From: an uncultured Oleispira sp.
GTDB lineage: Bacteria > Pseudomonadota > Gammaproteobacteria > Pseudomonadales > Oceanobacteraceae
Length of the DNA stretch: 64,000 bases
NCBI GenBank assembly: GCA_913019965.1
Contig: CAJVZR010000011.1
Coordinates: 5,847-69,846, forward strand
Reading direction: 5' to 3'
Positions 53,537 through 62,274 of this stretch are shown in pieces. The translations under genes and the position numbers were made by a program. The notes beneath the pieces were generated by a model. That model was not told where the DNA came from. It did no database searches and was given only the letters and a program-made list of their open reading frames with translations. The first letter of the stretch is position 1, and the number at the start of each line of letters is the position of its first letter.

Positions 53537-55069
53537 TTAATCCGAATACAGATCCCAAGATTTATTTTGAATGCCATCAATCATAGTGCGCAGCTCACTA
53601 TCAAGGGCACGGTCTTCGGTAACGAATGGACTAATAGTACGAACCTCAGCTAACAGATCGATAATCTTATTAGATACATCATCACTGTGAATTTCGTTAT
53701 TTTTCATTCGTAGCTCTAAGCCTTGGCAAGATGCTAATAGTGCTGCCGCAGCCACTTGCTCAGTCAACTGCAATACACGAATACAATCACGGGCAGCAAT
53801 TGTCCCCATGCTCACCTTGTCTTGGTTATGACATTCAGTTGAACGCGAGAAAACACTCGCGGGCATGGTTAACTTTAACGCTTCTGCAGTCCAAGCCGAG
53901 GTACCAATCTGAACCGCCTTAAAGCCATGGTTAATCGCTTTGCGCTCGCCTTCGGCACCGGATAGATTGGCCGGTAGACCATGGTTGAATTTAGTATCCA
54001 TCATCAAAGCCATTTGACGATCGAGCAAATCAGCAATGTTTGCGACGGTATTTTTAAGGGTATCCATCGCTAGAGCGATATGGCCACCGTAGAAATGACC
54101 GCCGTGTAATACGTGCTCGCCTTCACCATCAATAATCGGGTTATCGTTGGCGCTATTTAATTCGTTCTCGATCAGTTGTCTAACCCAAGGAAGCGCATCT
54201 TGCATAACACCTATAACGTGTGGCGCACAACGCAGAGAGTAGCGATCTTGTAAGCGATCAGAATTACGCGGAGGCGTCCCGACTTCTAAATCATCACGTA
54301 ACCAAGCGGCAATTTTCTGCTGGCCTTGGTGAGGTTTAACTGAAAATAAGGTTTTGTCGAAGTGGTGCGCATTACCTTTCGTCGTCAAGGTCGCTAAGGC
54401 GGTAATACGAGTGGCTAGTTTGGCTAGATACTCTGCACGACTATAAGCCAGAGAAGCAATGGCGGTCATAACGGCAGTACCGTTCATGATGGCTAAACCT
54501 TCTTTAGGGCGTAGTACGATCGGCGTAATATTTAACTCTGCGAAGACATCTTTAGTTTGACGAATTTCATCACGGTAATAAACCTGGCGCTCTCCACAAA
54601 GAACAGCGGCAATGTATGAAAGCGGTGTTAGATCACCACTAGCGCCCACGGAGCCTTCTTCAGGAATAACCGGAACAATATCAAGCTTCAACAAGCGCTC
54701 AAGTTGCTCTAATAAGACTTCGCTAACACCGGAATACCCTTGGCATAAAGAAGCTAAGCGAACCGCTAAAGCGGCACGGCCAGCGGTAGGAGAAAGCATT
54801 GCGCCTAAACCACAACCATGAAAGGTATAAAGGTGCTTAGGTAATTCAGTCACTAGATCTGACGGTATTGATACTGTACAAGAATCGCCATAACCTGTGG
54901 TTACGCCATAGATTTCACCATCTTCTTCCAACAAGGTATCGAGAAAGCTACTGCCTCGACTAATGCGGCTGCGAAATTCACTGTCAGTACTGAGTTCTGC
55001 AGTAGAAGATTGCTGTGCAATATCGACAATATCTTCAATGGTGAGGCGTGATCCGTCAAAGGTAACCAT
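53537..55069 (-). CDS. MIO-dependent aromatic amino-acid ammonia-lyase (HAL/PAL/TAL family)
   Basis: IYGVTTGYG, GSVGASGDL (MIO-forming ASG), QDRYSLRCAPHV, NSANDNP, STECHNQDKVSMG. Confidence 0.92.
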   Translation of the reverse strand: MVTFDGSRLTIEDIVDIAQQSSTAELSTDSEFRSRISRGSSFLDTLLEEDGEIYGVTTGYGDSCTVSIPSDLVTELPKHLYTFHGCGLGAMLSPTAGRAALAVRLASLCQGYSGVSEVLLEQLERLLKLDIVPVIPEEGSVGASGDLTPLSYIAAVLCGERQVYYRDEIRQTKDVFAELNITPIVLRPKEGLAIMNGTAVMTAIASLAYSRAEYLAKLATRITALATLTTKGNAHHFDKTLFSVKPHQGQQKIAAWLRDDLEVGTPPRNSDRLQDRYSLRCAPHVIGVMQDALPWVRQLIENELNSANDNPIIDGEGEHVLHGGHFYGGHIALAMDTLKNTVANIADLLDRQMALMMDTKFNHGLPANLSGAEGERKAINHGFKAVQIGTSAWTAEALKLTMPASVFSRSTECHNQDKVSMGTIAARDCIRVLQLTEQVAAAALLASCQGLELRMKNNEIHSDDVSNKIIDLLAEVRTISPFVTEDRALDSELRTMIDGIQNKSWDLYSD

Positions 55070-55121
55070 AATTTAAAATTCTACTTTCTATATTTGTTAA
55101 AATTTAATTTGAAGTGTCTGC

Positions 55122-56921
55122 CTAAGCGAAGGCAAGTTTTCCACTTGCGTGCTTCCCTGCACTGGATGAGTAAGCAAAGTTAATTGCGAAGCTCTTCCCT
55201 TGGTCTGCAATTTCTTTTTCTATCAAGGACAGCTCTAATGTCACGTCTTGCCCCGGAAGAATAATCTGTTGAAACTTAATGTTTGAAAGGCCGGTAAAGT
55301 TAGTCGGAAATTCAAAGCATTTACGAGCCATATATTCAGCCCAATGAACTTGAACAACTCCAGGTAAAATAGCTTGTTGTTCAAAATGGCCATCGAAGTA
55401 ACTCAACTCTTTAGGTACCACAAGCTCAAATATTACCTTGTTATCATCAGTATTCGTTTGTTGAGTGATAACCGGGTGTATAACGGCGGGAATATCTTGC
55501 ATAAATAAACTGATTAAATCCTGATGTAAGACCTTACTTTGGCTATTGCGTTTGAAACCGCTTACAAAGCGCCATTTACGCGGTAACAAAGGTCGTTCAA
55601 ATTGTTGTAATAATTTTTCTTTTAGCAGCAAGCTAAAAGCTCTACGCCCTATTCGAGCAAGTTGTTGTTCACCTTGTTCGTTTAAAACCAGGGCAGCGCC
55701 AATTTCAAGACGTTTGTATTTATCACTTACCGTATGATCAAGGGTTAAGATACGCGCTTCGCTAATGCCATCTTCTGCTAATAGACGGTTTTCCATTGCT
55801 GTGATGGATAAACGTTTGCCTTCAACCTTTACAATTTTATCATTACGACCCAGTAGCTGAAAGCTCGAAGCATTGATGCTTTTCGCAAGATCAGAGGTTT
55901 CATACCATTGCTCATCATCCAACTGTGAGTCGGCCAAATGGGGAGACTGAATCGTCAGGCAGCCAGAAGTTTGATCAATTCTAAATTGAACATTGGGTAG
56001 TGGCTGCCAATGTTTGTATGCATCGGTATGCTGCTGGCGCCAAGCGATACCCCCAGTTTCAGAGCTACCAAACACTTCGTTGATATTCTGCTGAAAGAAA
56101 TCATGAGCTGTTTGGCTAGCGGTTTCGGGTAACGGTGCTCCAGAGCTAAATATGGCGCTCACTTGCTGTTGAATCTCTTTTCTTTCTAATCCTTCCGGTA
56201 AACGCGACAAGTGGGTAGGACTAGAAATAAGCGCGAAGTTCTGGATGGTATGCAACTGGTTAGCAAGGTCTTCAATAAATTCAAAATTGAAACGGTGGAA
56301 GCGACGTTGAGCACAGATAGGCCATAGCACTCTAAATAATAAGCCATATATATGTTGGTGGCTTACCGTAGCAACAATATTGCTATCTGCTAGCTGCTGT
56401 CCCCATAATTGCTCTAGGCTGCTGAGTTCTTGGCTAAGTTGATTAATACTTTTATGGATAGCAATCGGTTTGCCGGAAGAACCCGAAGTGAATATCTCAA
56501 TTAGTGGTAGTTCGGTATTCAGAATAGGGAATGATTGTTGGTGACTATCTGAACTGATAACATCTTTGGGAGAAATAAGAGGCTGGGTTAATACTCCGTC
56601 AAACTCGCCAATAAAACCGTCTACGTGTTGGTTTAAATCCTCAACGGTTGCAGGATTGTTCGTTCCTATTATGCAGCTTGTTTTGCCTTGCGACCAAAGT
56701 GCAAATAAGATGGCAGAGAACTCAGCACTATCAGAATAAAAAACGGCCCAATTCTGTTTATCAAACTCCAGTAGATGCGCATACCACGCTTCTACCCTAA
56801 GCAACCACTGCGACCAACTCAGACTCGTTTGCTGGCAAAAGGCGAAGTCTTGCTGCGGATCTCTGTCTTGGCTTAGGGTTTCTTCTAAAGGAATGAAGTT
56901 AGGCTTAGCGCTAGGCATCAA
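55122..56921 (-). CDS. Adenylate-forming acyl-ACP synthetase fused to a C-terminal FabA-like dehydratase (ApeH-ApeI-like fusion)
   Basis: FTSGSSGKP, HQHIYGLLFR, FGSSETGGIA, GRNDKIVKVEGKRLS. C-terminal YFDGHFEQQAILPGVVQVHWA hot-dog motif. Confidence 0.85.
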   Translation of the reverse strand: MMPSAKPNFIPLEETLSQDRDPQQDFAFCQQTSLSWSQWLLRVEAWYAHLLEFDKQNWAVFYSDSAEFSAILFALWSQGKTSCIIGTNNPATVEDLNQHVDGFIGEFDGVLTQPLISPKDVISSDSHQQSFPILNTELPLIEIFTSGSSGKPIAIHKSINQLSQELSSLEQLWGQQLADSNIVATVSHQHIYGLLFRVLWPICAQRRFHRFNFEFIEDLANQLHTIQNFALISSPTHLSRLPEGLERKEIQQQVSAIFSSGAPLPETASQTAHDFFQQNINEVFGSSETGGIAWRQQHTDAYKHWQPLPNVQFRIDQTSGCLTIQSPHLADSQLDDEQWYETSDLAKSINASSFQLLGRNDKIVKVEGKRLSITAMENRLLAEDGISEARILTLDHTVSDKYKRLEIGAALVLNEQGEQQLARIGRRAFSLLLKEKLLQQFERPLLPRKWRFVSGFKRNSQSKVLHQDLISLFMQDIPAVIHPVITQQTNTDDNKVIFELVVPKELSYFDGHFEQQAILPGVVQVHWAEYMARKCFEFPTNFTGLSNIKFQQIILPGQDVTLELSLIEKEIADQGKSFAINFAYSSSAGKHASGKLAFA

Positions 56922-57465
56922 TTTGCCTTTTAACTCGAAGGCGCACTAAGTATTCCCCAGCCATTAATAGGCCCATCAAACCGTAAGATATCAGTCCGTT
57001 ATACAGCGCCCAGATCTCAGTATTATCGAGAAATACGGTATAAGCGGCGATAGAACCATTGATAATGAAGAAACCACACCAAACTTTCGTAACGGTACGC
57101 GTATAAATAACCGCTTCGGGTGGTAAGTCGGGTTCTTGCAAGCGGGCTAAGCGCTCAATAATCGGCATCGGTGAGCGTAGACTCAAGGCAAAAAGTACCA
57201 GCAAATTGGCATTAATAATTACCGGGTAGAGTTTTAACCCTAGATCTGAATTATCAATCCAACTCCAACCAATCAATATCAAAAAGATAGGCAGCCATAA
57301 CCAATGATTGGTCACGGACTTATCCGTTGTTAAAGCACGGCTAATAACAACGAAGAAGAGTACCAAAACGAGGTGACGTGGGTCGAAGTGCTGTAAACCA
57401 AAATAAATTGCTAATGGATATAGCAAGGTCAGTACAGTGATCAGAACCTTTAAGAAAATTTGCAT
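56911..57465 (-). CDS. Membrane protein of the aryl-polyene cluster (ApeG/COG4648-like)
   Basis: LYPVIIN, PIIERLARLQEPDLP, YTRTVTKVW, WALYNGLISY, GEYLVR. Confidence 0.82.
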   Translation of the reverse strand: MQIFLKVLITVLTLLYPLAIYFGLQHFDPRHLVLVLFFVVISRALTTDKSVTNHWLWLPIFLILIGWSWIDNSDLGLKLYPVIINANLLVLFALSLRSPMPIIERLARLQEPDLPPEAVIYTRTVTKVWCGFFIINGSIAAYTVFLDNTEIWALYNGLISYGLMGLLMAGEYLVRLRVKRQIDA

Positions 57466-57471
57466 GCTCGA

Positions 57472-57729
57472 TTAGCTATTCATCAGCTTTTCGATTGCGG
57501 TAATAACATCACCGACTGTACGTACGCTCTTAAAATCTTCAGGATCTATTTTCTTGCCGTCGGTCATGGTTTTTAATTCAACGATTAGATCCACAGCATC
57601 AATGCTATCAATATCTAGATCTTCATAAAGTCTGGCTTCTGGAGTAACGTCAGCGCTATCCAATTCAAACAGTTCACATAATACTTCCGAGATGCGAGCT
57701 TGTATTTCTTCGTTTGTCATTGTGACCAT
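57472..57729 (-). CDS. Acyl carrier protein
   Basis: LYEDLDIDSIDAVDLIV with the phosphopantetheine Ser; FKSVRTVGDV. Confidence 0.92.
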   Translation of the reverse strand: MVTMTNEEIQARISEVLCELFELDSADVTPEARLYEDLDIDSIDAVDLIVELKTMTDGKKIDPEDFKSVRTVGDVITAIEKLMNS

Positions 57730-57760
57730 TCCTTATTAATTATAGTGATTTACTTCGGTA

Positions 57761-58522
57761 TTAATGCAGCGCGAGGGCTTCAGAAAAATACCATTCTAGG
57801 TAGCGAGTGAGCTGCCTAGAAGAATGCGATGTCCGTTCAGATTGTGAAAACTGATTGATATTGATGGAATCTCGGATATCGATCGATAAGTTAACTCTCT
57901 CATCTGCCGCTTCGTACCAGCGGTGTTCTTTACTCAGCGCCGGTGGAGAGCAAGTAATAATAACGGGAGTAATGTCTGAGCTTGAGGTTAATGCGATATT
58001 GGCCGCGCCACGCTTTAACTTCAGTGGCTCGTTCAATGTGGTTCGCGTACCTTCGGGAAAGATAATAACATTATTCCCTTGCTGCAATGAGCGAGCAACT
58101 TTATCTAACATTTTCGCAGGGCTGTCATTTGTAATGTATCCCGCCATGGTGATTGCGCCATAGGTCGCAGGATTTTTAAAAAGGCTTTCTTTAACCACAC
58201 AATCGGCGTTTTTAACAAAGGCGATCAATAATACGACGTCGATTAATGTTGGGTGATTAGCCAGAATAAGTTGGCCTGTTTTAGCGAGATTTTCTGTGCC
58301 ACTGACTCGATAGCGGATTACCCCAAGAAACTGCATGATCTCGACAAACGCGCGGAAACTATAATGGACCATTCGCTTTCCCGTACGCTGTCTTTGTAAG
58401 GGATTACGAATGACTACCCATAGCAGTGGACGCACGATTAAAGGCAGAGTCATCCCGCCGATACCAAAGGTCATAAAGCAAAAGAAGGTTGCGCTAAAAC
58501 GCCAGTACTTTCCAAGGCTCAT
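57761..58522 (-). CDS. Lysophospholipid (PlsC-like) acyltransferase (ApeD-like)
   Basis: ANHPTLIDVV (HxxxxD), IFPEGTRT, RGAANIA. Confidence 0.88.
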   Translation of the reverse strand: MSLGKYWRFSATFFCFMTFGIGGMTLPLIVRPLLWVVIRNPLQRQRTGKRMVHYSFRAFVEIMQFLGVIRYRVSGTENLAKTGQLILANHPTLIDVVLLIAFVKNADCVVKESLFKNPATYGAITMAGYITNDSPAKMLDKVARSLQQGNNVIIFPEGTRTTLNEPLKLKRGAANIALTSSSDITPVIITCSPPALSKEHRWYEAADERVNLSIDIRDSININQFSQSERTSHSSRQLTRYLEWYFSEALALH

Positions 58523-58524
58523 CT

Positions 58525-59256
58525 CTAAGGCTCAACTTTCTTTAATTGGTAGCAAGTTTGGAGATTGGAAAGTTGTAAGCAAGCAGAGTCGGATAATAAG
58601 AATCGAATTAATGATAATGCTTGTGGCTCACTAGGGTTTTCATAGCTTGATGCTGCTTCCGATTCAATTGATAGCTCAAGATTAATGCGACTAGGCTCAT
58701 TACTTAATACCAGTGCCAAAGCATAAGGCTGGGCAGGTAAATTAATCTCTGTGGTATAAGGCTCAGGAATCGGGTCGTCATAAATGATGCAAAGTATTTC
58801 TTGGCATCCCTGTTCCTGCAATATCAGCTGGGCTTCAAGTAACGAAGTGCCCACCGTATTTTCTGCGGCAGCGATGGCAGTAATATTACTAGTATCTTTC
58901 TTATTGATCGATAACATGCCGCCGATGGCATTATGTACAGAGAGACTAAAGTGAGTAGGTGATAACAGTTCACCACTGGCAAGGCTCTTCAGAAGTTCTA
59001 GAGATCTAGCCACTTCCCCATGGCGGCTACAAAACAAGCTTGGGCGCTGCTCGATATCTTGCTGGGTATCATTAGCACAAGCAATCGTCATCTTGCCTAG
59101 ACTACTGAGGCGACGACGAAGCATGGCTGGAACATCAGAAATATTAAGCTCATCGCTGAACTCACTATTTGAACCTTCTGCCCATTGACCCCAATTATCT
59201 TTATCTTTGATATTAGGCGTCCATGCTGACCAATCTTTAATATAAATGTTGGTCAT
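58525..59256 (-). CDS. Ketosynthase chain-length factor (ApeC-like)
   Basis: PAMLRRRLSSLGK, LSPTHFSLSVHNAIGG; truncated KS fold with no catalytic Cys motif; first gene of the operon. Confidence 0.85.
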   Translation of the reverse strand: MTNIYIKDWSAWTPNIKDKDNWGQWAEGSNSEFSDELNISDVPAMLRRRLSSLGKMTIACANDTQQDIEQRPSLFCSRHGEVARSLELLKSLASGELLSPTHFSLSVHNAIGGMLSINKKDTSNITAIAAAENTVGTSLLEAQLILQEQGCQEILCIIYDDPIPEPYTTEINLPAQPYALALVLSNEPSRINLELSIESEAASSYENPSEPQALSLIRFLLSDSACLQLSNLQTCYQLKKVEP

Positions 59257-59400
59257 CGACCTAAACTTCCACTGCTTTGAATGACTGCTGTGATAAACAG
59301 CGGTTATTATTATAAAATAAATACTATTAGCAATAATAACATTACCTTAAAGGGAACCACAGTCCTTTTATGTACTGGAACCCTTAGGAAAGATCACTTA

Positions 59401-60138
59401 ATGAGCAGGGTCATTGTTTTCAGTTGTCAGGTAAATCAGCTCGGTGAGGATTTCTTTCATCGTGCAAAGGTATGCTTGAGTGAGTCAGAGAAAGTTCGAT
59501 TCGCTGATTGCCAGAAGCCAGCGCGCCAACAACAGTTTTTAGCCGGCCATTTCTTATTAAGAAAAGCATTAAGCTCTCTTATTCCCCAACCAGAAGCATT
59601 CTGGCTGATACAACAAAAAAGCGATGAACCTCCTCAGCTAGCCAGTCCTGTGACGATTGCAGGAAAGAATAGGCAGGTGTACCTATCACTATCCCATACG
59701 AAAGATTTTGTTGTTTGTGCCATCTCACTGGATATTGAAGTAGGCATTGATATAGAAAACTCGCAAAAAGACCGACCCTTTGTTGAGTTTTCGCAACAAT
59801 ACTTGTCCCAAAAAGAGTGTGACAAATTGGCCGAAAAATCGGGGGATTCACAAAAACAACATTTCTATCGGCTGTGGACGGTGATGGAAAGCATTGGTAA
59901 AGCGATAGGGACTGGCCTAGATAAACCTATTTTTAATGGCGAGTGGCTGCAAGGCTATGGGGCCGACAGTGGTTTCTTTTGTTTTTCTACTAAGCTAGGT
60001 ACAGCTCAATTAAGTCTCGCTCTAAAGGGCAATGCATCATCAGGCATTGAATTTTATGAACTCCAAGCAGATGGCAGACTTATAGCTCAGGCACTCGAGT
60101 TTGAGCAAAGCTCTTTTATAGTGAAAGAAAGACCCTAG
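59401..60138 (+). CDS. Sfp-type 4'-phosphopantetheinyl transferase
   Basis: RQQQFLAGHFLLR, LSLSHT, VGIDIE, FYRLWTVMESIGKAIG. Likely start ATG 59401; ORF track starts at 59281. Confidence 0.87.
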   Translation: MSRVIVFSCQVNQLGEDFFHRAKVCLSESEKVRFADCQKPARQQQFLAGHFLLRKALSSLIPQPEAFWLIQQKSDEPPQLASPVTIAGKNRQVYLSLSHTKDFVVCAISLDIEVGIDIENSQKDRPFVEFSQQYLSQKECDKLAEKSGDSQKQHFYRLWTVMESIGKAIGTGLDKPIFNGEWLQGYGADSGFFCFSTKLGTAQLSLALKGNASSGIEFYELQADGRLIAQALEFEQSSFIVKERP

Positions 60139-60270
60139 TCATCTTGTGTCTTTTTGTCAGATAGAGGCCCCATAAGACAAGAGCTGTGGTATCTTGCACG
60201 CCTTATCCAACCAGTCAGGTTTTAGACCGAGCTCTCTTCTTAACCGAACTCTCCTCTTAATAGGTGTTAT

Positions 60271-61599
60271 ATGAATGCAGTTTTAGTCGCCGTTATTTTG
60301 ATGTTAGTGCTCAGCGTGGCACGACTTCATGTGATGCTATCGATGATCGTCGCCGCTTTTGTGGGTGGTTGGGTTGCGGGCATGGATATCGAAACAACAT
60401 TGAATGCCTTTAACCAAGGAATTGGTGGTGGCGCAGGTATTGCGTTGAGTTATGCCTTATTGGGGGGATTTGCGGTCGCCATTTCGCTCTCTGGCTTACC
60501 TCATTTATTAGCGCAAAAAATTCTCGTACGTATTGGCGGTGAAGATCGTCAGCGCAGCAGCGATACTTTTTGGCTACGTAATGCCCTACTTTTAGGCTTA
60601 ATGATCGTTGCCGTTAGTTCACAGAATATCGTACCGATTCACATCGCTTTTATTCCCATACTCGTGCCTCCACTGCTGTTAGTGATGACTCGCTTACAGT
60701 TAGACCGCCGCTTAGTGGCGTGTGTACTGACCTTTGGCCTAGTAACCCCTTATATGTTCTTACCCATCGGCTTTGGTAATATCTATCTGAATGACATTCT
60801 TTTAGCGAAGGTAGCGAGCGCGGGATTAGAAACAGAAGGCTTATCCGTTGTATCTGCTATGGCCATACCAGCAATGGGAATGCTAATCGGTTTGTTGATT
60901 GCGGCATTATTCAGTTATCGACAGCCAAGAACTTATGATCAATCACTGGTAGAAAAAACGGAGCACATTGAGCAAGAGTTTAATACAAAATCACTCTGGG
61001 TCGCCGGTGCTGCCATCGTCTTAGCATTTGTCGTTCAGCTGTATTTAGGCTCAATGGTATTAGGGGCAATGGCGGGTTTCTTATTATTCTCGGCCACAGG
61101 GGTTATCCGCTGGCACGAGTCGGATGGAGTCTTAGTTGATGGCATGAAGATGATGGCATCGATTGGTTTTATCATGATAGCGGCATCGGGTTTTTCAGAA
61201 GTATTAAAAACCACAGGCCATATCGACAGCTTAGTTAATGGCGCTTCAGGTTGGCTTGGGGATAATAAAGCCTTGGCAGCACTGCTTCTATTGATTGTTG
61301 GATTATTACTAACGATGGGGATTGGTTCTTCTTTCTCGACCATTCCTATTATTGCCGCGATATATGTACCGCTCTGTATTCAGTTAGGGTTCAGTCCGTT
61401 GGCGATAATTGCGTTAGTCGGTACGGCGGGTGCGTTGGGTGACGCAGGTTCTCCGGCATCGGACTCAACCTTAGGGCCCACCGCAGGTTTGAATGCCGAT
61501 GGTCAGCATAGCCATATGCGCGATACGGTAATACCGACTTTTATTCATTTCAATTTACCGTTATTAGCCGCAGGCTGGGTTGCGGCTATGGTGCTTTAA
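60271..61599 (+). CDS. Na+/H+ antiporter-family (YuiF/COG2056-like) membrane transporter
   Basis: MNAVLVAVILMLVLS, ALSYALLGGFA, LITMGIGSSFSTIPI-like segment, GDAGSPASDSTLGPTAGLNADGQH, about 11-12 TM helices. Confidence 0.82.
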   Translation: MNAVLVAVILMLVLSVARLHVMLSMIVAAFVGGWVAGMDIETTLNAFNQGIGGGAGIALSYALLGGFAVAISLSGLPHLLAQKILVRIGGEDRQRSSDTFWLRNALLLGLMIVAVSSQNIVPIHIAFIPILVPPLLLVMTRLQLDRRLVACVLTFGLVTPYMFLPIGFGNIYLNDILLAKVASAGLETEGLSVVSAMAIPAMGMLIGLLIAALFSYRQPRTYDQSLVEKTEHIEQEFNTKSLWVAGAAIVLAFVVQLYLGSMVLGAMAGFLLFSATGVIRWHESDGVLVDGMKMMASIGFIMIAASGFSEVLKTTGHIDSLVNGASGWLGDNKALAALLLLIVGLLLTMGIGSSFSTIPIIAAIYVPLCIQLGFSPLAIIALVGTAGALGDAGSPASDSTLGPTAGLNADGQHSHMRDTVIPTFIHFNLPLLAAGWVAAMVL

Positions 61600-61621
61600 G
61601 TAGCTTTTAAGTTAGTTAAAC

Positions 61622-62179
61622 TTAAGCACTAAGAATCCTTCGGGCAAAATGAGCAAGGTCGGTATAGACCGGCGCTTGCTTAATTTCAGCCTCAACTTCC
61701 GTCGTTAGCATCTTCAAAAGTGTTTTCTCCCCCTTCCCTGTCATCACTAAAGCAGGCTTACAACCTTTTGCTAATCCCGCTTGAAGATCACGCAATGAAT
61801 CACCAATAAACCAAGCGCCATTAGCGCTGATATTGAGTTCGGCTTCTATCTGATCGACTAAGCCAGGTAATGGTTTACGGCAGTCACAGCCATCATCAGG
61901 ACCGTGGGGGCAGTACTTAATAGTTGCTATTGTGCCGCCCGCCTCTTCGACTAAAGCATTCATTCGGCCATGCATGGCTTCAAGGTCATCTAGCGAAAAG
62001 TACCCTCGGGCTAAGCCGCTTTGATTTGTAGCTACCGCGATGGTGTAACCTGCTTTGCAAAGATCAGCAATGGCTTCGCAGCTACCTTCGATGGGAATCC
62101 ATTCTTCGAGACTTTTTACATACTCGTCTGAGTCTTGGTTAATTACGCCGTCACGATCTAAAATAATCAGTTTGTTCAT
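61622..62179 (-). CDS. gmhB: D-glycero-beta-D-manno-heptose 1,7-bisphosphate 7-phosphatase
   Basis: LDRDGVINQDS (HAD motif), ATNQSGLARG, CPHGPDDGCDCRKP (Zn site), IGDSLRD. Confidence 0.93.
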   Translation of the reverse strand: MNKLIILDRDGVINQDSDEYVKSLEEWIPIEGSCEAIADLCKAGYTIAVATNQSGLARGYFSLDDLEAMHGRMNALVEEAGGTIATIKYCPHGPDDGCDCRKPLPGLVDQIEAELNISANGAWFIGDSLRDLQAGLAKGCKPALVMTGKGEKTLLKMLTTEVEAEIKQAPVYTDLAHFARRILSA

Positions 62180-62274
62180 AAAGAGGTCTTATAAATAATT
62201 GATAATAAAAAGCCCCCAACAGATTAACTGGAGGAGGCTTAGGATTCGAAAATTAAGTTATTTTCGAATTAAAA

